Below, in pieces: positions 16,561-64,000 of a DNA stretch of 64,000 bases. The notes under the pieces are model-generated. The model searched no databases and was not told where the DNA came from. It saw only the letters and a list, made by a program, of their open reading frames with translations. Source of the stretch: Macrostomum lignano (taxonomy: Eukaryota); contig NIVC01000482.1 in the NCBI GenBank assembly GCA_002269645.1, positions 1 through 64,000 on the forward strand. Direction: 5' to 3'. The first letter of the stretch is position 1. The number at the start of each line of letters is the position of its first letter. Made by a program: the position numbers and the translations under genes.

Positions 16561-17395
16561 TTTGTGATGTTTAGCTATCTTCTTGAACTGTTTATCACTG
16601 ACTGTATTGGGTCCGCGTATCGAGAAATAAATCAATTTATATGAACTCGTTCTGAAATTTTAACAACAACGAAACCAACAACATTTTTTGTTTTTTTCAA
16701 ACAAGTTTAAACAAATAAAGCAAGCTTAACTAAACTGACAAGAAGTTCAGGGGAGGGGGGGGGGCTGGGAGAGTCGCTAGTCGCGGCAAGTACGATCGTG
16801 TTTAAAGCGTATTATATAAACGAGCACAAAATGAAAGCTAAAAACACGATAACTTTGATCCGAATTGCATAGCAGATAAAACAAAAAGTTCCCTGTACTA
16901 AGCAACAGAGAACTTACTAAAAATTAGCATCAGGAGACGAAAACATGTCATAACTAAGAATAATGAGACATTGGACAGGACAGTTTGTCGTCTCTCAGAA
17001 AATATTAAAGGCTCACTTCTTATTTAAAAATTACATTGCCAATTTTTTTTTCTTTAACATTTGTTAGTTTCCTAATTAAAAAACACCACAACATGCACAA
17101 TATAAACGATTATTGTTCGGAACAAATAACAAAAAATTCTGCTTCAAGACTAAAATACATTTGTACAAGACAAACTGGAACGGGAATCAGGCTTTGTTTT
17201 ACAGCGCAAATGGTAATCGCCTTTTTTGGGATGCTCGATTCACGACTGCAAAATACCAACACAAACGAATCAAGCGATGTCTGTTTTTTTATTGACAAGA
17301 AGTGTTCTTCTAGACGCCTAGTGCTCCTGCCAGTCAAGATAAAAATCTATTAAATTTCGTTTCCACTCAACCTATTTGTATTTTTTATTTGCTCT

Positions 17396-18769
17396 CTAAA
17401 AAGACTCTGATTTGGAGATCAGCTGCCGTTTTGGCTGCTTGACTTTCAAGCTGCCCTGCCGGCCCTCACCCTCGGCCTTCGAGCAGCATTGCGGATGTAC
17501 ATGTATCTCCACCTGAACCTCCAGAGGATTCAGCTCCAACAGTTCCTCTGGCTCGTGCGGCTGAGGTGCAGCATTATGAAGTCTGGCGATCAGGCGTCGA
17601 ATGATTCGAACGGGTTGCAGGCGCCTGATGCAGTTGCAGAAGCGTTCGGTGAAGCAAAGATACACCACGGGGTTCAGAGCGCTGTTCACGTAGGTCAGCA
17701 TGGTCGTGCTGTAGGACGAGGTGGCCATTAGTTCTTCCGGGATGTAGCCGCGAATGCCCAAGTTGACGTGGGCCCAGTGCGGCACCGAGCAGATCGTGTA
17801 CAGCAAGAAGATGGCCATCACCATTACGGTGACCCGATTGGCCCGCCGTTGGGCCTCGCAGGCTCCGGCCGTGGTTGAAGCGGCGTGACGGCGCACCTTG
17901 CAAAGAATGAAGCCGTAGAACAGAACCAGCAGGGAGAGCGGCACAGCGCAGCCCACAATCAGATTGTAGGTGGCAAATTTGATCTCGTCCTGCACGAGAC
18001 TCCCGAGTGTATTGGCGAGTTTGTCGGCCAGTAGGGGGGACGGATCCTCTTCCCCGTCGGTCCCGTTCAAGCTGCGCCAGGGGGTGTGGTGCCCGCAGCT
18101 GTAGGTGACATTGTTGCCGGTGCCCCAGGCCGTCAATTCGGTGAATGCAACCACGGGAGCGACCAGCAGAGTGCTCACCGACCACAGGGCGATCAGTAGG
18201 CACCAAGCAAATCTGGCAGTGCGCAGACGCGGCGAGAATCTTGTCAGCACGACGGCGATGAACCGATCGAATCCCAAGGCGGTGATAATGAAGATACTCG
18301 CCGTCCAGTTCGTGTAGAGGATCATGTAGTACGCCTTGCAGGCCAGCTTGCCCCAGATCCAGCTCTTGACACTAATAAGACGCAGTAACGGAACAATGGA
18401 CAACAAGTGCAGAATGTCCGCAACGGCCAGGTGACCAAGGTAGATGTTCATCGGCTTTTTAGCGGCCGTACTCTTTATCACGGAAGTCACAATGACCGCC
18501 GCATTGCTGGCTAGACCGAAGGCTAAAATGATGCCAAATATTGGCTCGATGTATTCGTGGAACACCGGCATGCTGTTGCCTGTCAGAAGAGAAAATACCT
18601 TGAGAATGAAGTGGCTGGAGACCCAGGTGCATTTTCGAGAAATTTCGGAACTTAAATATCCCGAAGAAGAATTCCACTGGCTTGACTTATGCTGATTCAA
18701 TTTTGCAAAGCCTAAATTAAGGCAGCCAATGAGAAGTGAGACAGGAGTATTCAAGATGCTGGAGTTCAT
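17396..18769 (-). CDS. Class A (rhodopsin-like) GPCR, probable neuropeptide receptor (somatostatin/allatostatin-C/opioid-like), intronless
   Basis: Seven hydrophobic segments; NIYLGHLAVAD, WIWGKLAC, ASIFIITALGFDRFIAV, NSALNPVVY. The true start could be the internal M at ~18571. Confidence 0.92.
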   Translation of the reverse strand: MNSSILNTPVSLLIGCLNLGFAKLNQHKSSQWNSSSGYLSSEISRKCTWVSSHFILKVFSLLTGNSMPVFHEYIEPIFGIILAFGLASNAAVIVTSVIKSTAAKKPMNIYLGHLAVADILHLLSIVPLLRLISVKSWIWGKLACKAYYMILYTNWTASIFIITALGFDRFIAVVLTRFSPRLRTARFAWCLLIALWSVSTLLVAPVVAFTELTAWGTGNNVTYSCGHHTPWRSLNGTDGEEDPSPLLADKLANTLGSLVQDEIKFATYNLIVGCAVPLSLLVLFYGFILCKVRRHAASTTAGACEAQRRANRVTVMVMAIFLLYTICSVPHWAHVNLGIRGYIPEELMATSSYSTTMLTYVNSALNPVVYLCFTERFCNCIRRLQPVRIIRRLIARLHNAAPQPHEPEELLELNPLEVQVEIHVHPQCCSKAEGEGRQGSLKVKQPKRQLISKSESF

Positions 18770-19004
18770 TTTTTTCTGAAGAGGAAGCTTCAGTTAACTC
18801 AACAGTTGCTTTTAATCCGGAGACCGTTCTGATGCACGAAAGTTAACATTATTATAACTAAATCTTGTTTCTGATTTGAAGACTTTTGAAGGCTGATTCA
18901 GGTTATATTAGCTATACTTTATATTTTACTCATATATCTACTTTATAATATCAAAATTGAAGAAAATTAAGTTGATTTATGTTAAGTATAATCATAATAT
19001 GTAA

Positions 19005-19265
19005 AATATGAGCACCCTAGCGCAACGAGTTCGGCGACATCGTCTCACATCGAGCGGTGAGGCAATTCTGCCCATTCCGCCGACTGCTGAGCAAAAACGC
19101 TCGTACAGGCGCGCCAATACAGCGGCCATGATTTCCTAATCATCAGGCATATGTGTGAATCGCACAACCCCCCCCCCCCAGTTAACTCTCGAGCACAAGC
19201 CTCAAATGAATGCGGCCCCGCATGGAGTCGAACCAGGGGTTCTTGGCCGAGTCAGACGCGTTTAC
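19005..19265 (-). mobile_element. Second copy of the SINE-like family
   Basis: B-box GGTTCGACTCC (19224-19234, minus strand); shared AGTCGGCGGAATGGGCAG block and hairpin. Confidence 0.6.
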
Positions 19266-19301
19266 TGCTGAGATCTGAAGGATACCCTAACCCTAACCCA
19301 A

Positions 19302-20592
19302 ACTATAGTCTCGGTGGACAAGACCTCCGAAGGGCCTCGGTGGACAAGACCTCCAAAGGATAGTCTCGGTGGACAAGACCTCCGAAGGGCCTCGGTGGAC
19401 AAGACCTCCAAAGGATAGTCTCGGTGGACAAGACCTCCGAAGGATAGTCTCGGTGGACAAGACCTCCGAAGGCTAGTCTCGGTGGACAAAACCTCCGAAA
19501 GCTAGTCTCGGTGGACAAGACCTCCGAAGGATAGGCTCGATAGACAAGACCTCCGAAGGATAGGCTCGATAGACAAGACCTCCGAAGGATAGTCTCGATA
19601 GACAAGACCTCCGAAGGATAGTCTCGGTAAACAAGACCTCCGAAGGCTAGTCTCGGTAGACAAGACCTCCAAAGGATAGGCTCGATAGACAAGACCTCCG
19701 AAGGATAGTCTCGGTGGACAAAACCTCCGAAAGCTAGTCTCGGTGGACAAAACCTCCGAAGGCTAGTCTCGGTGGACAAGACCTCCGAAGGATAGGCTCG
19801 ATAGACAAGACCTCCGAAGGATAGTCTCAATAGACAAGACCTCCGAAGGATAGTCTCGGTGGGCAAGACCTCCGAAGGATAGTCTCGGTGGACAAGACCT
19901 CCAAAGGATAGGCTCGATAGACAAGACCTCCGAAGGATAGTCTCGGTGGACAAGATCTCCGAAGGATAGTCTCGGTAGACAAGATCTCCGAAGGATAGTC
20001 TCGGTGGACAAGACCTCCGAAGGATAGTCTCGGTGGGCAAGACCTCTGAAGGATAGTCTCGGTGGACAAGACCTCCGAAGGATAGTCTCGGTGGACAAGA
20101 TCTCCGAAGGATAGTCTCGGTAGACAAGATCTCCGAAGGCTAGTCTCGGTAGACAAGATCTCCGAAGGATAGTCTCGGTAGACAAGATCTCCGAAGGATA
20201 GTCTCGGTGGACAAGACCTCCGAAGGATAGTCTCGGTGGACAAGATCTCCGAAGGATAGTCTCGGTAGACAAGATCTCCGAAGGATAGTCTCGGTAAACA
20301 AGACCTCCGAAGGATAGTCTCGGTGGACAAGATCTCCGAAGGATAGTCTCGGTAGACAAGATCTCCGAAGGATAGTCTCGGTAAACAAGACCTCCGAAGG
20401 ATAGTCTCGGTGGACAAGACCTCCGAAGGATAGTCTCGGTAAACAAGACCTCCGAAGGATAGTCTCGGTGGACAAGACCTCCGAAGGATAGTCTCGGTAG
20501 ACAAGACCTCCGAAGGATAGTCTCGGTAAACAAGACCTCCGAAGGATAGTCTCGGTAGACAAGACCTCCGAAGGATAGTCTCGGTGGACAAG
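19302..20592. repeat. 29-bp minisatellite (~44 units)
   Basis: GATAGTCTCGGTGGACAAGACCTCCGAAG in tandem; no unique spacers. Confidence 0.97.
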
Positions 20593-20977
20593 TGCGGGAG
20601 AAACTTTTGCTTTTGCAGAAAAGGCAATCAGTTAAAACAGAAGTCACTGACGCAACCCCCAGACTGAGTCGACACCGAAAGGGCGTTGGTAAAATATTCT
20701 TGGAAAAAATATCTTCGCTGCCATCGACATGACTAAGGCGGCCCCGGTCAGTCCAGCGACACGGCCCTCACAAGGGCTGATTAATCCGTAGAGAGGTAGC
20801 TCCTGTGTTGCTGGGCCCGGCAACCCCCAGCCTCCATGCACTGGCAACTCACGGATTTCGTTGACGGAAAGAACAGTGAGATCAGAAATAAATTCCAAAT
20901 CAGCAGCCATGACTCATAGCTCGAGAGAGAGCTCACTTTGAGAGTTGAAAAAGTTTCTGCTATTATGAACTAGCAGT

Positions 20978-21150
20978 TGAGGTAGATAAGGTACAGTAGC
21001 TGAGGTAGATAAGGTATAGTAGCCAAGGTAGATAAGGTATAGTAGCCAAGGTAGATAAGGTATAGTAGCCAAGGTAGATAAGGTATAGTAGCCAAGGTAG
21101 ATAGGGTACAATAGCCAAGGTAGATAAGGTATAGTAGCCAAGGTAGATAT
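20978..21150. repeat. 23-bp minisatellite
   Basis: AGGTAGATAAGGTATAGTAGCCA in tandem. Confidence 0.92.
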
Positions 21151-21519
21151 GGTATGCTATTTTTATTTAACGTACATTTACTAAAAATCACTCCTTTTTA
21201 GTATTAATAATCCCCTCCTGTTTATTTTTTCTTTAATAAACTGTCTATTTAAAATCAAAAGCTTGAGACTGTTCTCAAGTGTTCTAGTAGTACAGTATGC
21301 AGACTAACTATAGTGCCTTAAGTGGCAACTCAAATTGTATAAGACAAAGACACCAAATTCAGTTTTTCAACAATTTTTTTTCGAAATTAACGGAAAACTG
21401 TTCAATGCTAAATAAAACTTAACAGATTTTATTGTGAGACTTTTAACAGAACATTATTTATAAATTATAATTATAATAAATTATAGTAAATTATACAATA
21501 TTATAATAAATTGGGGTGG

Positions 21520-21760
21520 TAGGCGATAGGAGCAGTGAGTACATTGGGGTGGTGGGTGATAGGAGCCGTGAGTACATTGGGGTGGTGGGCGATAGAGCCG
21601 TGAGTACATTGGGGTGGTGGGCGATAGAGCCGTGAGTAAATTGGGGTGGTGGGTGATTGGAGCCGTGCGTACATTGGGGTGGTGGGCGATAGGAGGCGTG
21701 CGTACATTGGGGTGGTGGGCGATAGGAGACGTGAGTACACTGGGGTGACGGGCGATGGGA
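21520..21760. repeat. ~32-bp minisatellite
   Basis: TACATTGGGGTGGTGGGCGATAGAGCCGTGAG in tandem. Confidence 0.9.
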
Positions 21761-22392
21761 ACAGTGCGTGCTTGTCTCCAAAAAGTTCAAGTTTGAACAA
21801 ATAAAAATTTTTCATTAAATACGTTGTGTAATTGGTGTGTACCTTGAAAAAAACAATTGTCGCTGTAGCGTGTTTGAATGAACGGAAATAATTTTTCGAT
21901 AATACGGGTAACCCACCGATTGATGTACTCGATCTGAATAAATCATTCTTTAGTTGAATTGAAAGCAAATTTTAATACGAGAGTGGTATCAAGTGATTTA
22001 GTGCGGAACAATTCCGGAGAAAATAAAGCCGGAAACTGGAAAACACCGTGATTGACTTCGTGAAAGTAATGTACGCAATCAAGTGGCCTTAGCGTAGATC
22101 CAGCCATTAAATTACTGGAGTAAGTAGATACTGGCTATCAGTGAAGGCAAAGAGGTCAGGTAACTCTCAGATGGGAAAATCCCCGACAGAAGACCCCAAA
22201 ATCAGCAGATCACATCAGCTTCAAATCCCATCAGCTTCAAATCCAAGCAACTTCAAATCCCATTAACTTCAAATCCCATCATCTTCAGATCCCATCATCT
22301 TCAAATCCCATCAACTTCAGATCCCATTAGCTTCAGACAAAACTTTTACCAAATAGCAAACGGTCGGCAGGGGCACTAGCTACTCATAGTAA

Positions 22393-58651
<36,259 letters not shown>

Positions 58652-60360
58652 TATTGGCTGTGCTTATGTGCTGTCAGTGACAATCAATAGCAAAGATGTC
58701 TGAAACATTAAAAATAGAAACTAGATAAGTGAGATATGAGAATCTAAAATACTATATAAATAGGATTTTGTGAAATAAAATCTTTAAGTTTCAAATTTTA
58801 CAAGTATTCTAACATTTTATGGAAAGAAAAAGTTCAAAGAGAAACAATACTATATAAGATATAATCTTCTTATAATCTTATAATTCTTACAATCTTCTAT
58901 TTCAGTAGCTATATAAATCAATAGCTAACATTTTACCAACCTTTTATAGAATATATATATATATATATTGAGAGTTTACCAGGGTAAATCTAATTATCTA
59001 AATCTAATTATTAAATCTAATTATTTAATATGATAATTATAAATTTATTTTTTTATAAATTAAATTGTTAATTGTATAAATTTAGTCTACTTATATAACA
59101 TTTAAAAAAGTTTATAGGGCAAATTGTGCCAATATACAAGTATAATTTCTATTATCAGTTTTTAGATCAAATTTCTAGTAAAGAATGCTAATAGAAGTAA
59201 ATACATCTAATTTTCATTGTAATTAAATATTAAATTATACAATTGCTATGTATATGCTTTATAATTCTAGATGCAATTTTCACTTAAATTTTTTTAATAC
59301 TTATAGTGAAAATATTAGGCAAATATACAAATTTAAATCTTAGCAAAGCAATGATCTAGTTGCCATTTGTATCTTTCTGAGCTGCAACAGAGGAATTTTA
59401 ATATGTGGATCCAAATTTGTGCCAGTGCCACAGTTGACAAAACCTACCAGTCAATGGACAATTACCAATGTTTTGTGAAGGTAAGAATAAGCAATCTCAC
59501 TAGCAACTTCAATATACTTTATCAAAATAGATGAAAAAGCAAGATCACAAAAATAATGTTAAAATGATAAATAAAAGTTAATTGTACTATGCAATAGTTT
59601 TTAATGAAAAATAACTCACGAAATACTAAAGGTTACAATAATGGATAATCTGTTAATTCATTGATAGCTTGATAACTTGATATGTTTTCCCAGGATATAT
59701 TTTATGCTTGTTAAACAAGTCGAATCTAAAGGTTCGCTTATAGTTACAGGAGCAGGATGGAGGGATTAAAAATTCTAACATCGGCGTGCAGTGTGATACC
59801 AAACACATGCACATGCAGCTCTAAAAGGCGAAAACTTCAAATTCTTGTGCGATAAAATTTTTTGAATTTCAAAATTTTCGTTTTCGTAAAAGGCTTTAAC
59901 AAATAGTCTTGACAACTAATCAAACTAGGCAGATTAAATGACTATTTCATACTTTTTACTATTCAATCTTGTTTAAATATTAGGAAGCTCAGTTTCTATT
60001 TGAATTTAAACTAACAGTGGGAAACAAAAACGTCCGAAATTGTGCGACGACAGAATGGGGAAGTTTTGTTAGAGTTAGATGCTGAATTTTCTTTTAATCA
60101 CTTTATTATCGCAATGCAGAAAGTAATGAGGAATAATTAATTTATTCCGTGCACTAGCTCTCTGAACAATCAAGTATGACTATAAGTAAATAGATACATG
60201 TAGAGTGGGGACCATGTTGTTTTTATAGTAAATCTAAAAAGCATGATGGCTAGCCTTTGGTTTTAAACCAGTAAAAACGCTACGCAGTTAGGAGATGGCA
60301 TTTTTCAGCATGAAATATTTTCTTTGGAGGTTTTCTTTTTGTTTCTTTAGTCTTTTCTTA

Positions 60361-62904
60361 CCCAGTGAAAAATGATTCATGGATTCCACGTGGGTTCCAC
60401 GTGGCCATGTGGAATTTAAATGTTTCTTTAATTTTTGCAAATTAATGACTTAAAGATGACATAATGGTATGCAAAGTATTTTTTGTGCATTATTTTTTTA
60501 TTTTTACTGTCCTAATGTTGATGTGGATTTTACAAGGAATTCATGAGAAATAAGCGTATATTGATTCAACATTGTATCCACTTCGATAAAAAACTGTGAT
60601 ACACCTTATTCAGACGTTTTTATGAAATTACTAAAATTAATTATTATATTTATATGCTTTTAAGTAAAAATTATTATCTAAAAGCTAAATTATAATCGGA
60701 AAATAAGATACTGTTTGTTAAAATAGACAAAATAGAAGTTAACAATAAAAAACGTTTCGTACGTTTTAAAATTAAATTAATTTTATTTTATATTCGTCAA
60801 TGTCTTGGTCCAAGGCCTTGAAAGATAAAGTGCCTTGTTTATGGCTATTTAAGCACCTTAAAAGTTTTAGTAGACCTAGCCTATAGGCAATAACTTACGA
60901 GTATAAGGCCATGGCCTCCATGGGATTAGAAATTAGATAAATCAGTATTTTATCATAGATAGGCCTACTACTTTTGGTAAAATCCATGATAAATTTATTT
61001 AGGCCTAGGCCCTATCCAATTTCTAGGAATCCCATGGCCATGTCCATAGATTGGCTACTCATTTTTTAACTTAAATAGGCCTTTAGAAGTTCATAATTTC
61101 CTCTTAGTCCTATCTATCTATTTATATGTATGTTTATTAGGCCTATTTTAAGCTAGGCCTATAACTATCAATTTAGGTCCTATTTTAATTAAGGTTGGGA
61201 GTTGGGACTAGCTTGACTTTGTGAATTGTGACTAGTCAATCTAGTTAATCTGTTAAAAATCTATTAATTTATGATTTTCTTCAAAAAAGCTTATTAGCAT
61301 CTTTTGGACTTGTTGCATTTTTAAAAACAGTATTATTAATTATAATAAATAATTCTGCATTTACACTTGCAACTTGCTTTTGGCATAGCTAGCCTAGCAG
61401 ATCCCTAAGGTTGCTATTATAAATAAATAATGATTATTGTAAATTTGATCTGATTTAGGCCAAGTCCAGAATTTAATAGCCATAGGCATAGGGCATAGCT
61501 ATTTAAGCTTAGGCCTAATGTTAAATCATACTAGGCCTGCAAATATAAAAAACATGCATTGCTTTGCCTAAATGCTTTATAGTTTAAAATCAATTTTAAT
61601 ATAAAAAATTAAATTTATAGAAACATATATTAATTATTTTTGTACTTATTATTTCATTGGTTTATTGATTGACTTAGGTAGGGTTTTCTTTTTTGCTAGA
61701 GACAAAGTGCAAAATTATATCCTATGCTCACTTTCAGGGTTTTATGATTTTAAGGCTTAGAATGCAATTTCTCTTTTTTCTTATATAAAGGCAGTGCAAA
61801 TAAGGCTTCAACAGAAAAATAGGTAATGAAATCGCACCTAAACTGTATCCACTTTTTAATTTCAATTTTCAAGGTGCAATTTTAAAATTTAAGGCGCATA
61901 TGCACACTTTGCGCATAAAAAAATAAACCTAGAACTTAGGCCTAGTTAATTTTAAAATAAACTTTATTAAGTATTCATCCTTAAATTAGTTTTATGAATT
62001 ATATCAATATAATCTATCAATCTTAATTGGCAACAATTATTTTTCTATTTCATTTCAGCCTAACATTACATGGCCCATCCTCAAACTTGGATGTCACCTT
62101 GGTCTTGCCTTTGAAGAAGCATGCAAAGCTACTTGGAATTTGAATATAATATCTAGAATGCTACCTTTTGTGAAGCAATGGTAAGTTTTAGTTATAAACT
62201 GATTTTTTTCTGTCATCAAAATCTGTTATAAGATCAAAATCTATCAAAATCTATTACAAAATCTATCATCAATCTGTTATAAAATTCTGTAATTTAACCC
62301 CTTTCTTTTCTAAGGTTTCTCACCTAACCTGAAGAAGCAGCATTCTGGCAATTGGCAGCAGCATGTTTCTGACTGTTCTAATTCTGGTGCATTATATTAT
62401 TGTTAATTAAATAATGCTATTGACAATGTCAATTTCAAATTATATATTATATCATATGTGCAGCGCAACTTTAAAGATATCAATATCTATATCAGTGTGT
62501 TTATTCTTTGTGTGCCAGTGACTCACTACTGTATATAAATACACCTTACTTATTGAGACATCCTTTTTGAATATATTTTTGTGCAGAAATATTTTTTCGC
62601 TATAGCTAGTGTTTTTATCTGTGTTTCAGTTTCTTTTATATGGTATTGAGATCTGGGGTTCATATGAAATTTTGAGATCTGATATTATTTTGAGATTTAG
62701 GATGCAACAATTTATTATGGCAACCAGTATAATGGCTGTTTACTCAATGACAATGTGGATTCTATGTGAAATACATAATTACTTCCATGTGGATCTTCCA
62801 TGTGGAATCCATATCTCAATTCCACATGGATGGACGGAGACAAATGCACATATGGATTTCATATGAAAAATCCACATGGAATCCATATACTTTTTTTCAC
62901 TGGG
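60361..62904. mobile_element. ~2.5-kb non-autonomous TIR element with TA flanks (CMC/EnSpm-like CCCAG termini, tentative)
   Basis: TA|CCCAGTGAAAAA...TGGATTCCACGTGG at the left; CCACATGGAATCCA...TTTTTCACTGGG|TA at the right; repeated subterminal CCATGTGGAATCC motifs. Confidence 0.6.
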
Positions 62905-64000
62905 TACTTACCTATTTGCAGCTTTTTTAGCCTTGCAAGCTTTTTTTCAAAATAGTAGTAGTGACCGTACTAATTTATATTCAAGTGTGATTTAAAGAGA
63001 TGAATTGTAGTATATTCTACGATAGTTTTATAAATAAAACTTTCCTGAATGACATTCGCATTATTTTTTATTTGGTAACTTCTTTTATTATTATCAGTTC
63101 CTGCTCTTTCGCTTTTACATGTATCGTGTTAGATTATATCATGTTTTAATGTTAAGAATGTCGATCTTTAACCTACGATCTTCAAATTATAATTATTTTA
63201 CTGTTTCAATTTACAAAATTATGTAGAAAATTGACTCATTTGCAATGAGACATCGTTTTTTATTTTTGAAAGTCGTAAAAAGGTCTACTTTTGTTGCGTC
63301 CAATATTTTTGTTATTTTTGTTACTTTTAGAAAAGAAGATCGATTCATAGCAAAACATCTTTTGTCCGTGACAATGACAATTTTACTCAAATAAGGTAGT
63401 GGTTTATAAAACTGAAGAAGGAATTCATTCTTTAAAAAATGTGCTGTTGAATTTGAGTTTAATCGTTCGTTCTACACGTACGGTAAATGAGCACGAGTTT
63501 CAATTGGCCATGACAGTTTGCTTAATTCACTTAATCTCACATTCACGATAGCTTACTTTTAGTAAGGTTTAGCTGCAAAAGTACATGTACGCTCGTACAT
63601 TAAATTTTTTCCTTTACGATCCCGTGGGAGTTGGGATTGAGGGCCAGCCACAATTGCGCTCGTAGAAAAGGCCTACAGTTTTATAAGCAAAAATGAGATC
63701 AATTAAAATTGCGCAACACAAGAATTTGTCTATGGCAAAACCCCATTTAGCCCTATGCGTTCTCTAGGGTATTCTAACTAAATGCACTATGGCTATAGGA
63801 CAAATATACCTTCCAGCCACCAGCTCCTTTCTAAAAACCGAATGTAGCGTTTGTTCTCAAATTTTATTTTTGCAAAAATCGGAAGAAGAATTAGTTAGTA
63901 CAGTACATGTGCGTACTGTATACCGCAAAAGCTAGAAAAATTAGCTTTTTCTAATTTTCAGTGGTCCAAAACACCGTCTTCTACGAGCGTAATTGAGTTT

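Noticed and set aside
19120-19160. Hammerhead ribozyme (minus-strand CTGATGA...GAAA)
   Set aside because: No stem II between CTGATGA and GAAA and no stem I/III; it is a variant of the SINE hairpin loop.
19302-20592. CRISPR-like array of ~29-bp partly palindromic repeats
   Set aside because: Units are head-to-tail with no unique spacers, there are no cas genes, and the context is eukaryotic and spliced.
20644-20910. 88-aa minus-strand ORF (MAADLEFISD...) as a gene
   Set aside because: No recognisable motif or splice partner; it lies between two tandem arrays and cannot be supported.

Overview
Eukaryotic (metazoan) genomic DNA with GC-rich exons, AT-rich spacers and minisatellite-filled introns. 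The style resembles the flatworm Macrostomum; this is an inference I cannot confirm. The main feature is a 19-exon minus-strand gene (58651 to 22393) that I spliced by hand into one open frame of about 2,817 aa. Its domain order is: RLR-CTD-like Zn domain, RIG-I/Dicer-type SF2 helicase, cellular RNA-dependent RNA polymerase (intact DLDGD), TUTase/non-canonical poly(A) polymerase-like nucleotidyltransferase, then a KH-like and unassigned C-terminal region. This looks like an RNAi amplification complex fused into one polypeptide. In this copy, the exon carrying helicase motif V is split by a 12,965-bp foldback transposon (41074-54038) with an 8-bp target-site duplication. The left part of the window holds a 10-exon SLC6 transporter, an intronless PAN plus C-type lectin gene, an intronless class A GPCR, a small KH-like gene, and LINE, SINE and MITE remnants. 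All exon boundaries and domain calls were made by eye, without database searches.
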